Positions 6,207-15,453 of a DNA stretch of 26,832 bases are shown here, piece after piece; positions within the stretch are counted from its first letter, which is position 1, and every line of letters begins with the position of its first letter. This DNA is from a virus. Its lineage: Duplodnaviria > Caudoviricetes. The notes under the pieces are model-generated. The model was not told the origin of the DNA. It did no database searches and saw only the letters and a program-made list of their open reading frames with translations. Position numbers and translations under genes: made by a program. The stretch spans positions 1-26,832 of IMG/VR virus record IMGVR_UViG_3300020568_000019; one strand, given 5' to 3'.

Positions 6207-8369
6207 TTAAGCAAACGACAGTGTGCATCGGCAGTTGATGACTGATGCCCCGTCATTGACAAAGTCTCCTGGGAACATTACGGACTTGCCTTCAATCTGA
6301 AAGCCATCATCAATCCCAACCGTTGTGTCGGCAACATGGTGATGTTCTGCTCTGCCATCTTCATTTGTGGCGTGAATCCATGTTTTTTGCGTAAACCCAA
6401 GTTGGCGGGCTGCCCACAGAAGTCCGGCATTAAAAGCACCAGAGACCTCTGTTCGCACAATTGTCTTGATTCGCTTAGTGAATGATTCGGCCATCCATGA
6501 GGCAAGTTCGTTCGTAAACGATGAATGCGGTCTTCCAGCGTAGGAATTCAACATCTTTTCCATGTTGATTCGAGTGGTCGTATTGACGAGGAGGAGATTA
6601 CTGATTCGGTCTTGAATCAGTTCCTGGACCTGCTTGCCTTGCATATCGAGTTTGTCAAAGCCATCACTTGAAACGTCAATTGCCCCGTCAAGGAAGACGG
6701 CAGATATCCAAGTCTTGCCGTCCATCTCAAGTTGCTCGTTCCATACCTCAATATCAAAGAAGTCATCTACGGAAATCTTTTCACCAGAATCCCAGCGTTC
6801 CTTCATCTTCTTTGAAGATGCCTTCTCCATGACGACTCGCTGCTGCCTCTTAAAGAAGGAGGCGATTTGGAGGGTAACGCTGGCCTCAAGACGGTCAAGT
6901 TGGCGGGTTCGACGCTGCACAACTGAAACATCTTTTACAGCATCTCCCATGGGGTGGGAAAGTGGAGCAAGGGTTGGCTCATAGATTGCGCGCGGGGATG
7001 GATTCTCCGTATTGTCCGTGGTGAGTCGCGGCGAAGTTGGAGATGGTGAACCGGCACCAGGAACAGCCTCGTCTGGCTGGTCATTTGGCCTGCGGCCAGG
7101 GCGCTGATTTGGGTTGACTCTTTCGCCGTCCTCTAGGCCGCCGCCATCAGTTGACATGACAACTGGGGAGAGATTTGTCGGGACGAGCAGGGCATCCATT
7201 CCAACGCCTTCGCGACCAGTGAGTTCGCGATATTCATCAATACTGATTGCGCCCTGCTTGAGTTCCTCAAGATGGAATGTGGCCCTCTCTCTGTCATCCC
7301 TGCTCAGGATTGCAACAGCAGAAAGGTCGTATGAGAAGTATGTCGTATTGTCGGTATCGAGAATGTCAAACGCGCGCTCAAGAAGGGTAAGGTGCGGGAC
7401 CATTGTCTCGCGCCAGAAGACTTCAAGTTCCACGTCTGCATTTGCAAATGTACGCCCTGATGCATTTCCAATCACCGACTCCGGCACTCCGAAAGCAAGG
7501 AGGATTTCTTCTTTATTCTGCGAGCGCGCTTCTGTGTATTGAGCATCGCGCTGATTGATTGATGTGTCAATAAAACTTGCATCTTCTGCAGAGATAACGG
7601 TGGTTCGGCCAGCGCCACCGATGTTTGAACCTGTTGTGCCACGGAAACGACGAGCAATTTCTTCGCTCTGTTCCTCTTCCATGTCTCCCTTAACTACAAG
7701 AATTCCACCTGGGCGACCGTCGTTGATTACAAAGTTGCGATTGTAAACGCGTGAGTAGTAGTCAAATTCAACTGCGAGTCCTGCAGACTCCAGTGGAGTT
7801 TGGCCTTTGTATGGGTCGATTGGATGTGGAACGCGAATCCACATCATGTTTTCTGGCTCAACAATTTTCTTTGGCGTGTTGGGGTACTCAACCGAATATC
7901 CAGCAACAAAATTTGTTGGGTCTGGAATTGGGAATACGTATTGAGGCTGGTGCAAGAACAACGAGGAAACATCGCCAAGGCGGTTTCGTGTGATTTCTAC
8001 ATATGCGCCCTTCTTGGAAAGAAGCACCTGAGAAGAGAGCATGAAACGGAACGTGAATGCGTCCATCGTCTTATTTGGTCGGCGGTTCAGCAGTTCAAGC
8101 AATGGGTCATCCCATGTCATTTCGCCGATTCGCCAGTCACCTTTTCTTTGTCCGATAGGGAGAGAGGCGGAGTTTGACGCAATTGCGTATACCGCTTTAT
8201 AGACCCAAACAACTCTGTCAAGCGCTTGGTTGATGCCTCTTTCTACATCCCAGCCATCTTTGTATGGCTCGCCGGGCCTGCTGTATCCAGAGGTTGTGTA
8301 TCGCTTCTTTTCTGTCATCCCGAGAAACCCATCGGCTCCGGCACGAGTAAACGACTTTAAAAATGCCAC
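6207..8369 (-). CDS. HK97-family portal protein fused to a MuF/SPP1-gp7-like head morphogenesis domain
   Basis: N-terminal ~400 aa has portal motifs (VYKAVYAIASNSASLP, DPLLELLNRRPN, KGQTPL, NDGRPGGIL, EEILLAFGVP, TFANA, SIDEYREL). A Pro-rich linker follows. The C-terminus has TIVRTEV...KTW...R.EH...FPGD...INCRC, typical of MuF. Confidence 0.92.
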   Translation of the reverse strand: MAFLKSFTRAGADGFLGMTEKKRYTTSGYSRPGEPYKDGWDVERGINQALDRVVWVYKAVYAIASNSASLPIGQRKGDWRIGEMTWDDPLLELLNRRPNKTMDAFTFRFMLSSQVLLSKKGAYVEITRNRLGDVSSLFLHQPQYVFPIPDPTNFVAGYSVEYPNTPKKIVEPENMMWIRVPHPIDPYKGQTPLESAGLAVEFDYYSRVYNRNFVINDGRPGGILVVKGDMEEEQSEEIARRFRGTTGSNIGGAGRTTVISAEDASFIDTSINQRDAQYTEARSQNKEEILLAFGVPESVIGNASGRTFANADVELEVFWRETMVPHLTLLERAFDILDTDNTTYFSYDLSAVAILSRDDRERATFHLEELKQGAISIDEYRELTGREGVGMDALLVPTNLSPVVMSTDGGGLEDGERVNPNQRPGRRPNDQPDEAVPGAGSPSPTSPRLTTDNTENPSPRAIYEPTLAPLSHPMGDAVKDVSVVQRRTRQLDRLEASVTLQIASFFKRQQRVVMEKASSKKMKERWDSGEKISVDDFFDIEVWNEQLEMDGKTWISAVFLDGAIDVSSDGFDKLDMQGKQVQELIQDRISNLLLVNTTTRINMEKMLNSYAGRPHSSFTNELASWMAESFTKRIKTIVRTEVSGAFNAGLLWAARQLGFTQKTWIHATNEDGRAEHHHVADTTVGIDDGFQIEGKSVMFPGDFVNDGASVINCRCTLSFA

Positions 8370-8371
8370 TG

Positions 8372-8599
8372 TTATTCACCCGCCTCGTAGCCAAGCAAAA
8401 GACCTAGTGCTGCCAAGCATGCTGCAAGCGCAGCAAATCCCAGCGCTTCGTCAACCAAAAAGCCGGCGGTGGCAAAACAGGCAGTTGCACCGACAAGTGC
8501 TGCCGAAGAAATCCGCTCACGCTGGATAAAACCCAAATACTTTGTAACAAAATATACGACTGCTGCTGAAACAACAGTAACTATTGCGCCCACAACCAT
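8372..8599 (-). CDS. Small membrane protein preceding the portal
   Basis: 75 aa with 2-3 hydrophobic segments. AAAGGAAA RBS. Confidence 0.7.
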   Translation of the reverse strand: MVVGAIVTVVSAAVVYFVTKYLGFIQRERISSAALVGATACFATAGFLVDEALGFAALAACLAALGLLLGYEAGE

Positions 8600-8645
8600 A
8601 TTTTTCCTTTACCGCGCTAACGATGACAAATCGGCCATATTTATA

Positions 8646-8702
8646 AAACTACACCAATGGTAGTGCTCACGCCTGTAAAGGTGTAAACACCACCATTGGT
8701 GT
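8646..8702 (-). terminator. Long hairpin, likely terminator after ssb
   Basis: ACACCAATGGTGGTGTT...AGCACTACCATTGGTGT then AGTTTT on the minus strand. The mismatches are G-U pairs only on this strand. Confidence 0.65.
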
Positions 8703-8713
8703 GTTAGTCCCGA

Positions 8714-9136
8714 CTAGAACGGGTCTTCTGCGGTCCAGTCGCTTGACTTACCCGAAGACTGGCGCTGCTGTTGCTGCTGCTGTCCCGTCTTATTGATGCC
8801 GCTAACTTGGGCTTTTCGCAAGGAAACACCGAAGTCATCAGCGACCAAGACAACCTTGGACTGCTTTTGGCCCTCTTTGTTTTCCCAGGACTGCTGCTCA
8901 AGGCGACCAGAGACAATCACTCGCGAGCCCTTTGACAGGCTGGCGGCTACGTTGTCTGCCAGTTCTCCCCAAGCATTGACGTCGAAGTAAGAGACTGTCT
9001 CTTCCCACTCATCCTGCTTGTTCTTCCAACGACGGTTGACCGCAACGCCCACTTTGAGGACACTGCTTCCCGTCTTTGTTGATTTCAGTTCGGGGTCTGA
9101 AGTCAGATTCCCGACGATTGTTACCTGTGCTGTCAT
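8714..9136 (-). CDS. ssb: Single-stranded DNA-binding protein
   Basis: VTIVGNLTSDPEL...AVNRRW...AWGELADNVAASLSKGSRVIVSGRLEQQSW, with acidic C-terminal EDPF. AGGAG RBS. Confidence 0.95.
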   Translation of the reverse strand: MTAQVTIVGNLTSDPELKSTKTGSSVLKVGVAVNRRWKNKQDEWEETVSYFDVNAWGELADNVAASLSKGSRVIVSGRLEQQSWENKEGQKQSKVVLVADDFGVSLRKAQVSGINKTGQQQQQQRQSSGKSSDWTAEDPF

Positions 9137-9160
9137 GTTTATCTCCTGTGTACCTGATGT

Positions 9161-9685
9161 TTACTTGGATTCGGGTGCAAGTTCCAGCATGAACCACTTA
9201 TTAATCCACATGAGGGCAATCACGGAATACCCGCAAATGTCCAGCCATGTGTCGTTAATTGGTTCAAACAGAACTGGCCCATCATGCTTTTGGAGATTCT
9301 TGAGGCGTTCCAATTTGTCATTAAGACGAATTGTTATGCCGGGAATCTCAAAACGCGCGATGTTCCCATGTCCGTACATGCGCTGCTTACCAATTACGGT
9401 TTGCAGCACCTGTATTCCCGCCTCTTCAGCGGAAACCTTTAACTCTGCGGCGTAGCCATTCAGGGCGGCCGCGCAGATGTCTTCAAACAATCCCTGCATT
9501 GCGTTCTCGTTCATTGGGGGATTGGAGTGAAATACTCCATCAACAATTGCATCAAACTCAACTTGGATTTTTGTCTGCAAATTGCCAATGCTTGCAAATG
9601 ATGGATGTTGTGCTTTGTTGACTATGTGGCGAAGGACAATGCCTGCCGCTGAATTCCAGTGTTCTGGCTTGATATCTGTTTCCAT
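9161..9685 (-). CDS. DUF1599 / nucleotide-modification-associated domain protein
   Basis: Start METDIK at 9685, 2 nt after the upstream stop. The C-terminus KQRMYG..N......IRLNDKLERL......E...DTWLDICGYSVIAL matches the pattern I recall for this family. Confidence 0.7.
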   Translation of the reverse strand: METDIKPEHWNSAAGIVLRHIVNKAQHPSFASIGNLQTKIQVEFDAIVDGVFHSNPPMNENAMQGLFEDICAAALNGYAAELKVSAEEAGIQVLQTVIGKQRMYGHGNIARFEIPGITIRLNDKLERLKNLQKHDGPVLFEPINDTWLDICGYSVIALMWINKWFMLELAPESK

Positions 9686-9687
9686 AA

Positions 9688-10461
9688 TTATCTTCCTGCC
9701 TTGTAACTTGTAGGTGACAACATAGCAGTTTTTGACTGCCTGGCTTCCCACTCAAACGTCCTGCGCAAAGCCAAAAACGTCTCAAATATGTCATCATCTA
9801 TTCGGAGTGGGAACACACCCCACTGGTCTGGCCTTAGCCACAGTGCCGCAGCAGCATCAACCTTTGGCATTGGAATCTCAATGTCCCCATCAAACATAAC
9901 GTCTGCTCTTGAATAGGCCGCCAACTGCAGAGCGACTTTTGAACTGATGCCAGAGCGCGTTGTCTTGAAGTCGATGAGCGTTGTCTTGTCCCGAATCTTT
10001 GCAATCGCGTCAAAAGAGCCAGCGTACATGTGGGTAATAGAAAACACCGACTTTTCTACATGTAACCACTCGGGCTCAAACTCAACGCAGAAAAGGTCAA
10101 AGTTGCGAATGAATGGCTCAAGGTCTTCGTCGTATGGAGCAAGAGGATTTGCGATTCGTTCTTCAATCGCTTTATGAACCCTGTCTCCGACATCTGCTGC
10201 AGTCTTTAGTTCACGCTCTGGTGCTGCCTTTAGCCAAAGACGAGCCTTCTCTTGCTGATTAGCCAAGATAAGTTCGTTGACGTATTCGATGTTGTCAACT
10301 GCTGCGTTTGCCGTGACCTTGCTATTCCATGTCCGCAGGAACGGCGCTGGAAGCATGTCGATGATTGATGTAACTGACGGCGCCTTTACTGAAGCAATAT
10401 TTGGATGCTTGTAATAGCGGTAGCCATTGACCTGAAGTGTTTGGATTTTTGGATTAGTCAT
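9688..10461 (-). CDS. PD-(D/E)XK RecB/Cas4-like phage exonuclease
   Basis: PSVTSII, AADVGDRVHKAIE, E..V......YAGSFD, IDFKT, LQLAAY. Confidence 0.88.
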   Translation of the reverse strand: MTNPKIQTLQVNGYRYYKHPNIASVKAPSVTSIIDMLPAPFLRTWNSKVTANAAVDNIEYVNELILANQQEKARLWLKAAPERELKTAADVGDRVHKAIEERIANPLAPYDEDLEPFIRNFDLFCVEFEPEWLHVEKSVFSITHMYAGSFDAIAKIRDKTTLIDFKTTRSGISSKVALQLAAYSRADVMFDGDIEIPMPKVDAAAALWLRPDQWGVFPLRIDDDIFETFLALRRTFEWEARQSKTAMLSPTSYKAGR

Positions 10462-10464
10462 TGG

Positions 10465-10725
10465 TTATATGAGTGCCTGTTCTTTGACCCACTTTTTGTA
10501 GGCGGGCCAATTGTCCGTGTACCTGTATGTTGCGTCTATCACTATATCAAGGTCTTGGCGTTCGTACAACTCCGTGCCAAAACCGAGAACTATGTATTTC
10601 GGAGTAGGAAAAACAACGCCGAATTTCTTTCCGTCATAACTTCCGCCGATAAGGTCAATTTCTGCCCTTGATTCAGCCTTGCTTTTTGATGTTGATTTTT
10701 GTTTTGATTGTTTGGCTTTTGCCAC
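10465..10725 (-). CDS. Hypothetical protein (86 aa)
   Basis: Tightly packed ORF whose GTG start overlaps the upstream stop. Basic N-terminus and an LIGGSYDG motif. Confidence 0.65.
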   Translation of the reverse strand: MAKAKQSKQKSTSKSKAESRAEIDLIGGSYDGKKFGVVFPTPKYIVLGFGTELYERQDLDIVIDATYRYTDNWPAYKKWVKEQALI

Positions 10726-11063
10726 TACTGATTAGCCGCCTTGACCGTGTCTTCGTACTTGTCTTTGATTTGCTTGACGCAATCCTTGAAGTCATCAACA
10801 AAGTTTTTATCCAAAAGAACCGAGTCCGTGTCTTTGTCAATTTCCATCATTTCTGCAAGAACTTCAAGTTGCGTGATGCTGTCGCGAATCGACTTGATGT
10901 TCTGCGATAGGTATTTTGCCAGTGCACCAATCGATTCACGCTTTACGTTTGCAGAAGGCCTTTGAATTGAAACCGCCGAATCACGCCCTCCAAGGCTGTG
11001 ACCATGAATTGTGAATGCTTCATTTGGGTTTCCGAGGTGGCCAAAGCCAGAAATCTTAGACAC
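10725..11063 (-). CDS. Hypothetical protein (112 aa)
   Basis: GTG start with GGAG RBS. Helical C-terminal half. Confidence 0.65.
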   Translation of the reverse strand: MSKISGFGHLGNPNEAFTIHGHSLGGRDSAVSIQRPSANVKRESIGALAKYLSQNIKSIRDSITQLEVLAEMMEIDKDTDSVLLDKNFVDDFKDCVKQIKDKYEDTVKAANQ

Positions 11064-11074
11064 AAGTGCTCCAA

Positions 11075-11533
11075 TCAGTCGTACTTCTTACTATACAGCA
11101 TTTCCATTACATTCTCCGGTTCCAGGAGAAATCCTTTTGCCGGGTTATCGCTACCCTCAGCAAATAACCGCTTGGTGTTTTCGTTGAACAATTCCCTGTT
11201 GGCGCGCAGATAGTTCTTTAGTCGCGCAACAGAAACAACCACTAAAGACGAATTGAGGGAATAAATGTAAATCCACCATGTTGCCGTTGTTACGTTGATT
11301 CCGCTTGTTTTCCAAACTGGATATCCGAACACATCAGTTTCGCGCCGTGGGTTTTGATTTGTCTCAACAACCATTCTTCCGTTGCGATATCTGTCTGTCT
11401 TTACCTCTGCTGAGCCTTGAATTACAGACTCGTAGAAGGTTTTTACAAAGCCCTCCCCCATGTGGCCAAAGGCCAAATCTTCAGTGAAATTGAAGGATTT
11501 TTCGGGGATGTCAAAGTGTTTGTTGTAGGTCAT
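11075..11533 (-). CDS. Conserved phage protein, possible PD-(D/E)XK-like nuclease fold
   Basis: Probable start MTYNK at 11533. F..DL.FG..GE, EVKTD....G....E, SGI..T.A.WW pattern. Confidence 0.55.
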   Translation of the reverse strand: MTYNKHFDIPEKSFNFTEDLAFGHMGEGFVKTFYESVIQGSAEVKTDRYRNGRMVVETNQNPRRETDVFGYPVWKTSGINVTTATWWIYIYSLNSSLVVVSVARLKNYLRANRELFNENTKRLFAEGSDNPAKGFLLEPENVMEMLYSKKYD

Positions 11534-11813
11534 TTGTTGTGTTTTGGTATTGATATTGGGCTGACATAAATTTCTCAAGGTCAACATTGAAGCGAGGCTT
11601 GCCGTTGCCTTGGGTGACGGTGACCGATTGAGCAAAGTCATCTGCTATTGATTTCCACATTTCTTCCCTTTGCACCAACAAAGCAATCATTTCGGTTGCT
11701 CGCTCAAGCAGGTCTCGTTTCACAACTACTTCAACTTCCTTGTCATTCTCTACGGTCCTCATAAGAGACGTAAGAAGTTCAAGTGTTTGAATCATGTCTT
11801 TTGGATTCTCCAT
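11511..11813 (-). CDS. Hypothetical protein (100 aa)
   Basis: Fills the gap in the minus-strand operon. Helical. Confidence 0.65.
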   Translation of the reverse strand: MENPKDMIQTLELLTSLMRTVENDKEVEVVVKRDLLERATEMIALLVQREEMWKSIADDFAQSVTVTQGNGKPRFNVDLEKFMSAQYQYQNTTNDLQQTL

Positions 11814-11828
11814 GTGGTTGTGAACAGC

Positions 11829-12188
11829 CTAGCGGTTATCTCCGCTTCCTGCAATCTTTCCACGCTCGGCGCGTGATTCAAGTTTTGCGGCATTGCGCGC
11901 AGCAACCGCAGCGAGGTTTGTCTGAAGAGATGTGGCGAGTTCAGAGCAATACCACAAAACGTCGCCGATTTCATCAAGGAGTGCGTTCTTTGACTCCTCG
12001 GAAAACTCCCCGCCATTGTCTCGAATTATTTTCTTATATTTGCCAGCAACCTCGCCAGCCTCTGATGCCAAGCCAAGAATTAAATACTCAATTGCTCTGT
12101 CCTGTGGATATCTTGCGGTGAGCCCTGTCCTGAACTGATATTGAGAAAAATCCATAAATGCGCTTTCGTCGTAGTTTTTTATGTCCAT
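11829..12188 (-). CDS. mazG: MazG-like all-alpha NTP pyrophosphohydrolase
   Basis: LGLASEAGEVAGKYKKIIRD...LLDEIGDVLWY...N..KL.SR..RG.I.GSGDNR. TATGCT lies 6 nt upstream of the ATG, suggesting a leaderless start. Confidence 0.9.
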   Translation of the reverse strand: MDIKNYDESAFMDFSQYQFRTGLTARYPQDRAIEYLILGLASEAGEVAGKYKKIIRDNGGEFSEESKNALLDEIGDVLWYCSELATSLQTNLAAVAARNAAKLESRAERGKIAGSGDNR

Positions 12189-12282
12189 ACAGAAAGCATA
12201 GTCGCAGAAACCCTTCTTAGACGCTTTTGCCTCGTAGCCTCCACTAACCTACTCAGTTCAAACTCATACGGAAGGTTACTTT

Positions 12283-14208
12283 ATGACAACGCTAGACCAA
12301 TCTTTTGTGGACTCCTATTCCCAAAAACAAGCGCCGTGGGGCTTCAACGGCATGGGAGAAATTGTCTTCTTGCGCACCTATAGTCGCAAGAAGGACGATG
12401 GCAACAATGAGACATGGACTGAAACTCTTCAGCGCGTGGTTAATGGCGCGCACGAAATCGGTGTTGAGTACACCAAAGAAGAGGCGGAGAAACTCTTCGA
12501 CCACATGTTCAATCTGCGCTGCTCATTCGCCGGCAGAGCACTTTGGCAACTTGGAACTCCGCTCGTACAGAAATTCAATGGGGCGTCGCTAAACAACTGC
12601 TACTTCACAAACATTGAAAAGATTGAGGATTTTGAACTTCTTTTTGAGTACCTCATGCTCGGTGGTGGAGTTGGATTCTCCGTAGAGCGTGCAAAGATTC
12701 ACGACTTGCCGAAGGTTAAGTCCGGAGTAAGCATCACGCATGAGCGCTCAAACGACGCCGACATTATCGTCCCAGACTCGCGTCATGGCTGGAAGCGTCT
12801 GCTCCATGCTGTGCTGAAGTCGTACTTCGAGACTGGTAAGTCGTTTAGTTATTCAACAATTCTCATTCGCGAGTACGGCGCACCGCTAAAGACATTTGGC
12901 GGCACCGCTTCTGGTCCTGGCGCTCTCATCGACGGAATGGCGGACATCTGCAAGGTTCTTGATGGACGAGTAGGGAAGAAACTTCGCTCCATTGACGTGC
13001 TTGACATCTGCAACATCATCGGCCGAATTGTCGTGTCCGGTTCGTCCCGACGCTCAGCGCAGATTGCCATGGGCGACCCAGACGATGTGTTGTTCTTGCG
13101 CGCAAAGAACTGGTCTACCGGCACGGTTCCGGCATGGCGTGCAAATTCAAACAACAGCATCTATGCAGACTCCTACGAAGAAATCATGTCCGAACTGTGG
13201 AAGGGCTACGACGGCTCTGGTGAGCCATACGGATTGCTGAACCGCAAACTTGCCCGTACGGTTGGTCGTCTTGGCGAGAAGAATCCAGACCCATCAATTG
13301 AGGGCTTCAATCCGTGTGCAGAGATTGCCCTTGCCGACGGGGAGAGTTGCAACCTTGCAACCATCTATCTACCGAACGTGGAATCGCTTGAGCAGTTGAA
13401 GGAAATCTCAATCCTTCTTTACAAGGTGCAAAAGCAAATCACACGTCTTGCGTACCCATACGAAAAGACCACGAATATCGTCAAGAAGAACGCACGCCTT
13501 GGCCAGAATGTGACCGGGATTCTGCAGGTTTCTGCGGAAAAGATTGAGTGGCTAGATGAGGCTTACAAGAACCTCGCTGCCTTTGACAAGAAGTATTCAA
13601 AGGAAAAGGGCTGGCCGACCTCGGTACGTTTGACCACCGTTCAGCCTTCAGGAACCCTTTCATTGCTTCCTGGCGTCACTCCTGGCATCCATCCCGCCTA
13701 CGCGCAGTACTACATCCGCCGCGTTCGCTTTGGCTCGGCAGACCCGCTTGTGGACGCATGTCGCAAGCGTGGCTACAAGGTGCAGTGGGACATCGGCCTT
13801 GACGGTCGAGAAGACCACACCCGCTACGTGGTGGACTTCCCGTGCATGTCCCCAGAAGGCTCGGTCCTTGCCACTGATATGACTGCCGTTCAGCAGTTGG
13901 AGTGGGTCAAGACAATGCAGACCATCTGGGCGGACAATGCCGTTTCTGTAACGGTGTACTACCGCAAAGAGGAACTGCCGCAAATCAAAGAATGGCTGGA
14001 AAAGAACTACGACGATGGCGTCAAGTCAGTGTCGTTCTTGCTTCACAGCGACCACAACTTCCCGCTTCCTCCGTACGAGGCGTGCTCGAAAGAGGACTAC
14101 GAGAAGATGTTGGCGAGCATTGATTTCTCAGTGCCACTCCAGCAACGCTCGTTTGACGGAGAACTGGACCTTGACAACTGCGCGACTGGGGCTTGCCCAA
14201 TCAAGTAG
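12283..14208 (+). CDS. nrdJ: Class II (adenosylcobalamin-dependent) ribonucleotide reductase, monomeric RTPR type
   Basis: RTYSR, AGRALW, SLNNC, GGGVGFS, RRSAQI, NPCAEI, CNLA, TTVQPSGT, C-terminal CATGACPIK. No ATP-cone or intein evident. Confidence 0.95.
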   Translation: MTTLDQSFVDSYSQKQAPWGFNGMGEIVFLRTYSRKKDDGNNETWTETLQRVVNGAHEIGVEYTKEEAEKLFDHMFNLRCSFAGRALWQLGTPLVQKFNGASLNNCYFTNIEKIEDFELLFEYLMLGGGVGFSVERAKIHDLPKVKSGVSITHERSNDADIIVPDSRHGWKRLLHAVLKSYFETGKSFSYSTILIREYGAPLKTFGGTASGPGALIDGMADICKVLDGRVGKKLRSIDVLDICNIIGRIVVSGSSRRSAQIAMGDPDDVLFLRAKNWSTGTVPAWRANSNNSIYADSYEEIMSELWKGYDGSGEPYGLLNRKLARTVGRLGEKNPDPSIEGFNPCAEIALADGESCNLATIYLPNVESLEQLKEISILLYKVQKQITRLAYPYEKTTNIVKKNARLGQNVTGILQVSAEKIEWLDEAYKNLAAFDKKYSKEKGWPTSVRLTTVQPSGTLSLLPGVTPGIHPAYAQYYIRRVRFGSADPLVDACRKRGYKVQWDIGLDGREDHTRYVVDFPCMSPEGSVLATDMTAVQQLEWVKTMQTIWADNAVSVTVYYRKEELPQIKEWLEKNYDDGVKSVSFLLHSDHNFPLPPYEACSKEDYEKMLASIDFSVPLQQRSFDGELDLDNCATGACPIK

Positions 14209-15366
14209 TTATGGGCGCCCTGGCGAATAACGCTTGGGAACCCACATCAGACTGTTTCCGGTATTGACGCACACGTATGGCACGCCATAAATGCGTGTGC
14301 GTTCTGCTGGATTAAAGCACTGAAGGTCAGTCATTTGCGGAGGAGCAACAGTAGTTGTTGGAGCAACTGTGCTAGTTGGGACTGGAACAGTAGTTGTAGT
14401 TACCACTGTCGTCGTTGGAGCAACGGTGGTAGTTGTTGTCTGAACTGGAGCACCATCAAGAACTGAGTACGCCAAAAGATTTGGGCTTCCTGTTCCGATA
14501 TTGAACAGTGCCCCGCTTGTTGCTGTTGCTGTCAGCATTTGCTGAACTTCTTGCTGCGTGAGGTTGGGATTTTTCTGCAGCATTGTTGCGACAATTCCAG
14601 ACACAATCGGCGCGGCATTGGATGTTCCGCTGCTGGACCTATACGTATTTGAAGGCCCGACCCATGCGCCAACAAGGTCAGAGCCAGGAGCAAAAATGTC
14701 AACGCATGTGCCGAAATTTGAATACGATGCGCGCAGTTCCGTCTTGTCTGTTGCCCCAACTGAAATTGCACTTGTTTCAGATGCTGGAGAGTACAAACAC
14801 GCATCGCGATTTTGATTGCCGGCGGCAACAACAACAATCATTCCGTCAGCAATAAGTTTGCGAACGGCGTCATTGAATGCAGTGGACTTTGACATCCCCA
14901 CGCTCATATTCACGACTGCGGGAACCCCTGATTGATGATGCTCAACCATCCAGTCAATCGCCGGGTACAGACTTGCGCTTGATGGGTTTGAATTACTGCA
15001 GTTCAAAACACGGACTGAAACAAGCCGTACGTTTTTCGCTACGCCGTATGTTTTGCCACCGATAAGACTTGCAGTGTGGGAACCATGTCCAGCACAGTCT
15101 TCTGCTCCGTATCCGTCAGCGATTGCCGTGTACCCGAGTTCTACGCGACCGACGAACTCTTCATGTGCTGAGTTGATTCCGGAGTCGAACACATAAGCGG
15201 TAACTCCGGTCCCGTCGTATGAATAGTTATACCTGTCATTGAGCGCGGCCTCGCGCTGGTCAATGCGGTCAAGTCCCCATGCTGGGCGCCAACCGTTGTC
15301 ATTTTGTAGTGGTTGAGAAACAAGGGAACTTGCCGTAATGAAAATTGATAGTAAAAATTTGAACAT
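14209..15366 (-). CDS. Secreted S8 (subtilisin; proteinase K/aqualysin-like) serine protease with Thr/Pro-rich tail
   Basis: Signal peptide, WGLDRIDQ, FDSGI (Asp), GHGSHTA (His), AAGN, SGTSNAAP (Ser), GSPNLL. Then TTTTTVAPTTT repeats and a small 2-Cys C-terminal domain. Confidence 0.93.
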   Translation of the reverse strand: MFKFLLSIFITASSLVSQPLQNDNGWRPAWGLDRIDQREAALNDRYNYSYDGTGVTAYVFDSGINSAHEEFVGRVELGYTAIADGYGAEDCAGHGSHTASLIGGKTYGVAKNVRLVSVRVLNCSNSNPSSASLYPAIDWMVEHHQSGVPAVVNMSVGMSKSTAFNDAVRKLIADGMIVVVAAGNQNRDACLYSPASETSAISVGATDKTELRASYSNFGTCVDIFAPGSDLVGAWVGPSNTYRSSSGTSNAAPIVSGIVATMLQKNPNLTQQEVQQMLTATATSGALFNIGTGSPNLLAYSVLDGAPVQTTTTTVAPTTTVVTTTTVPVPTSTVAPTTTVAPPQMTDLQCFNPAERTRIYGVPYVCVNTGNSLMWVPKRYSPGRP

Positions 15367-15394
15367 TTTGAATTCCTTTCGTTGGGTTGATTCC

Positions 15395-15423
15395 AGTTTA
15401 TGGGCTGTAAATTTTTATCGCAA
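15395..15423 (-). promoter_or_regulatory. SigA-like promoter for the S8 protease
   Basis: TTGCGA (15423-15418), 17 nt, then TAAACT (15400-15395). AT-rich upstream region and a GAAAGGA RBS. Confidence 0.55.
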
Positions 15424-15453
15424 CCATAAATTATGTTGCTTAAATTAGTTTAA

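Noticed and set aside
8638-8645. TATAAATA (T4 late-promoter consensus) upstream of the portal operon
   Set aside because: It is a single instance overlapping a terminator U-tract, it is not repeated before the other head genes, and no gp55-like sigma is in the window.
9688-10461. Cas4 / CRISPR association of the exonuclease
   Set aside because: It lacks the Cas4 Fe-S Cys cluster, there are no other cas genes, and I saw no repeat-spacer array. The context next to ssb fits recombination.
12283-14208. Intein or intron in nrdJ (also checked in terL)
   Set aside because: Lengths and motif spacing are compact, with no splicing or homing-endonuclease motifs.
14340-14445. Repetitive GTTGT/GTAGT DNA as a non-coding repeat
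   Set aside because: It is explained by Thr/Val/Pro codons of the protease stalk.
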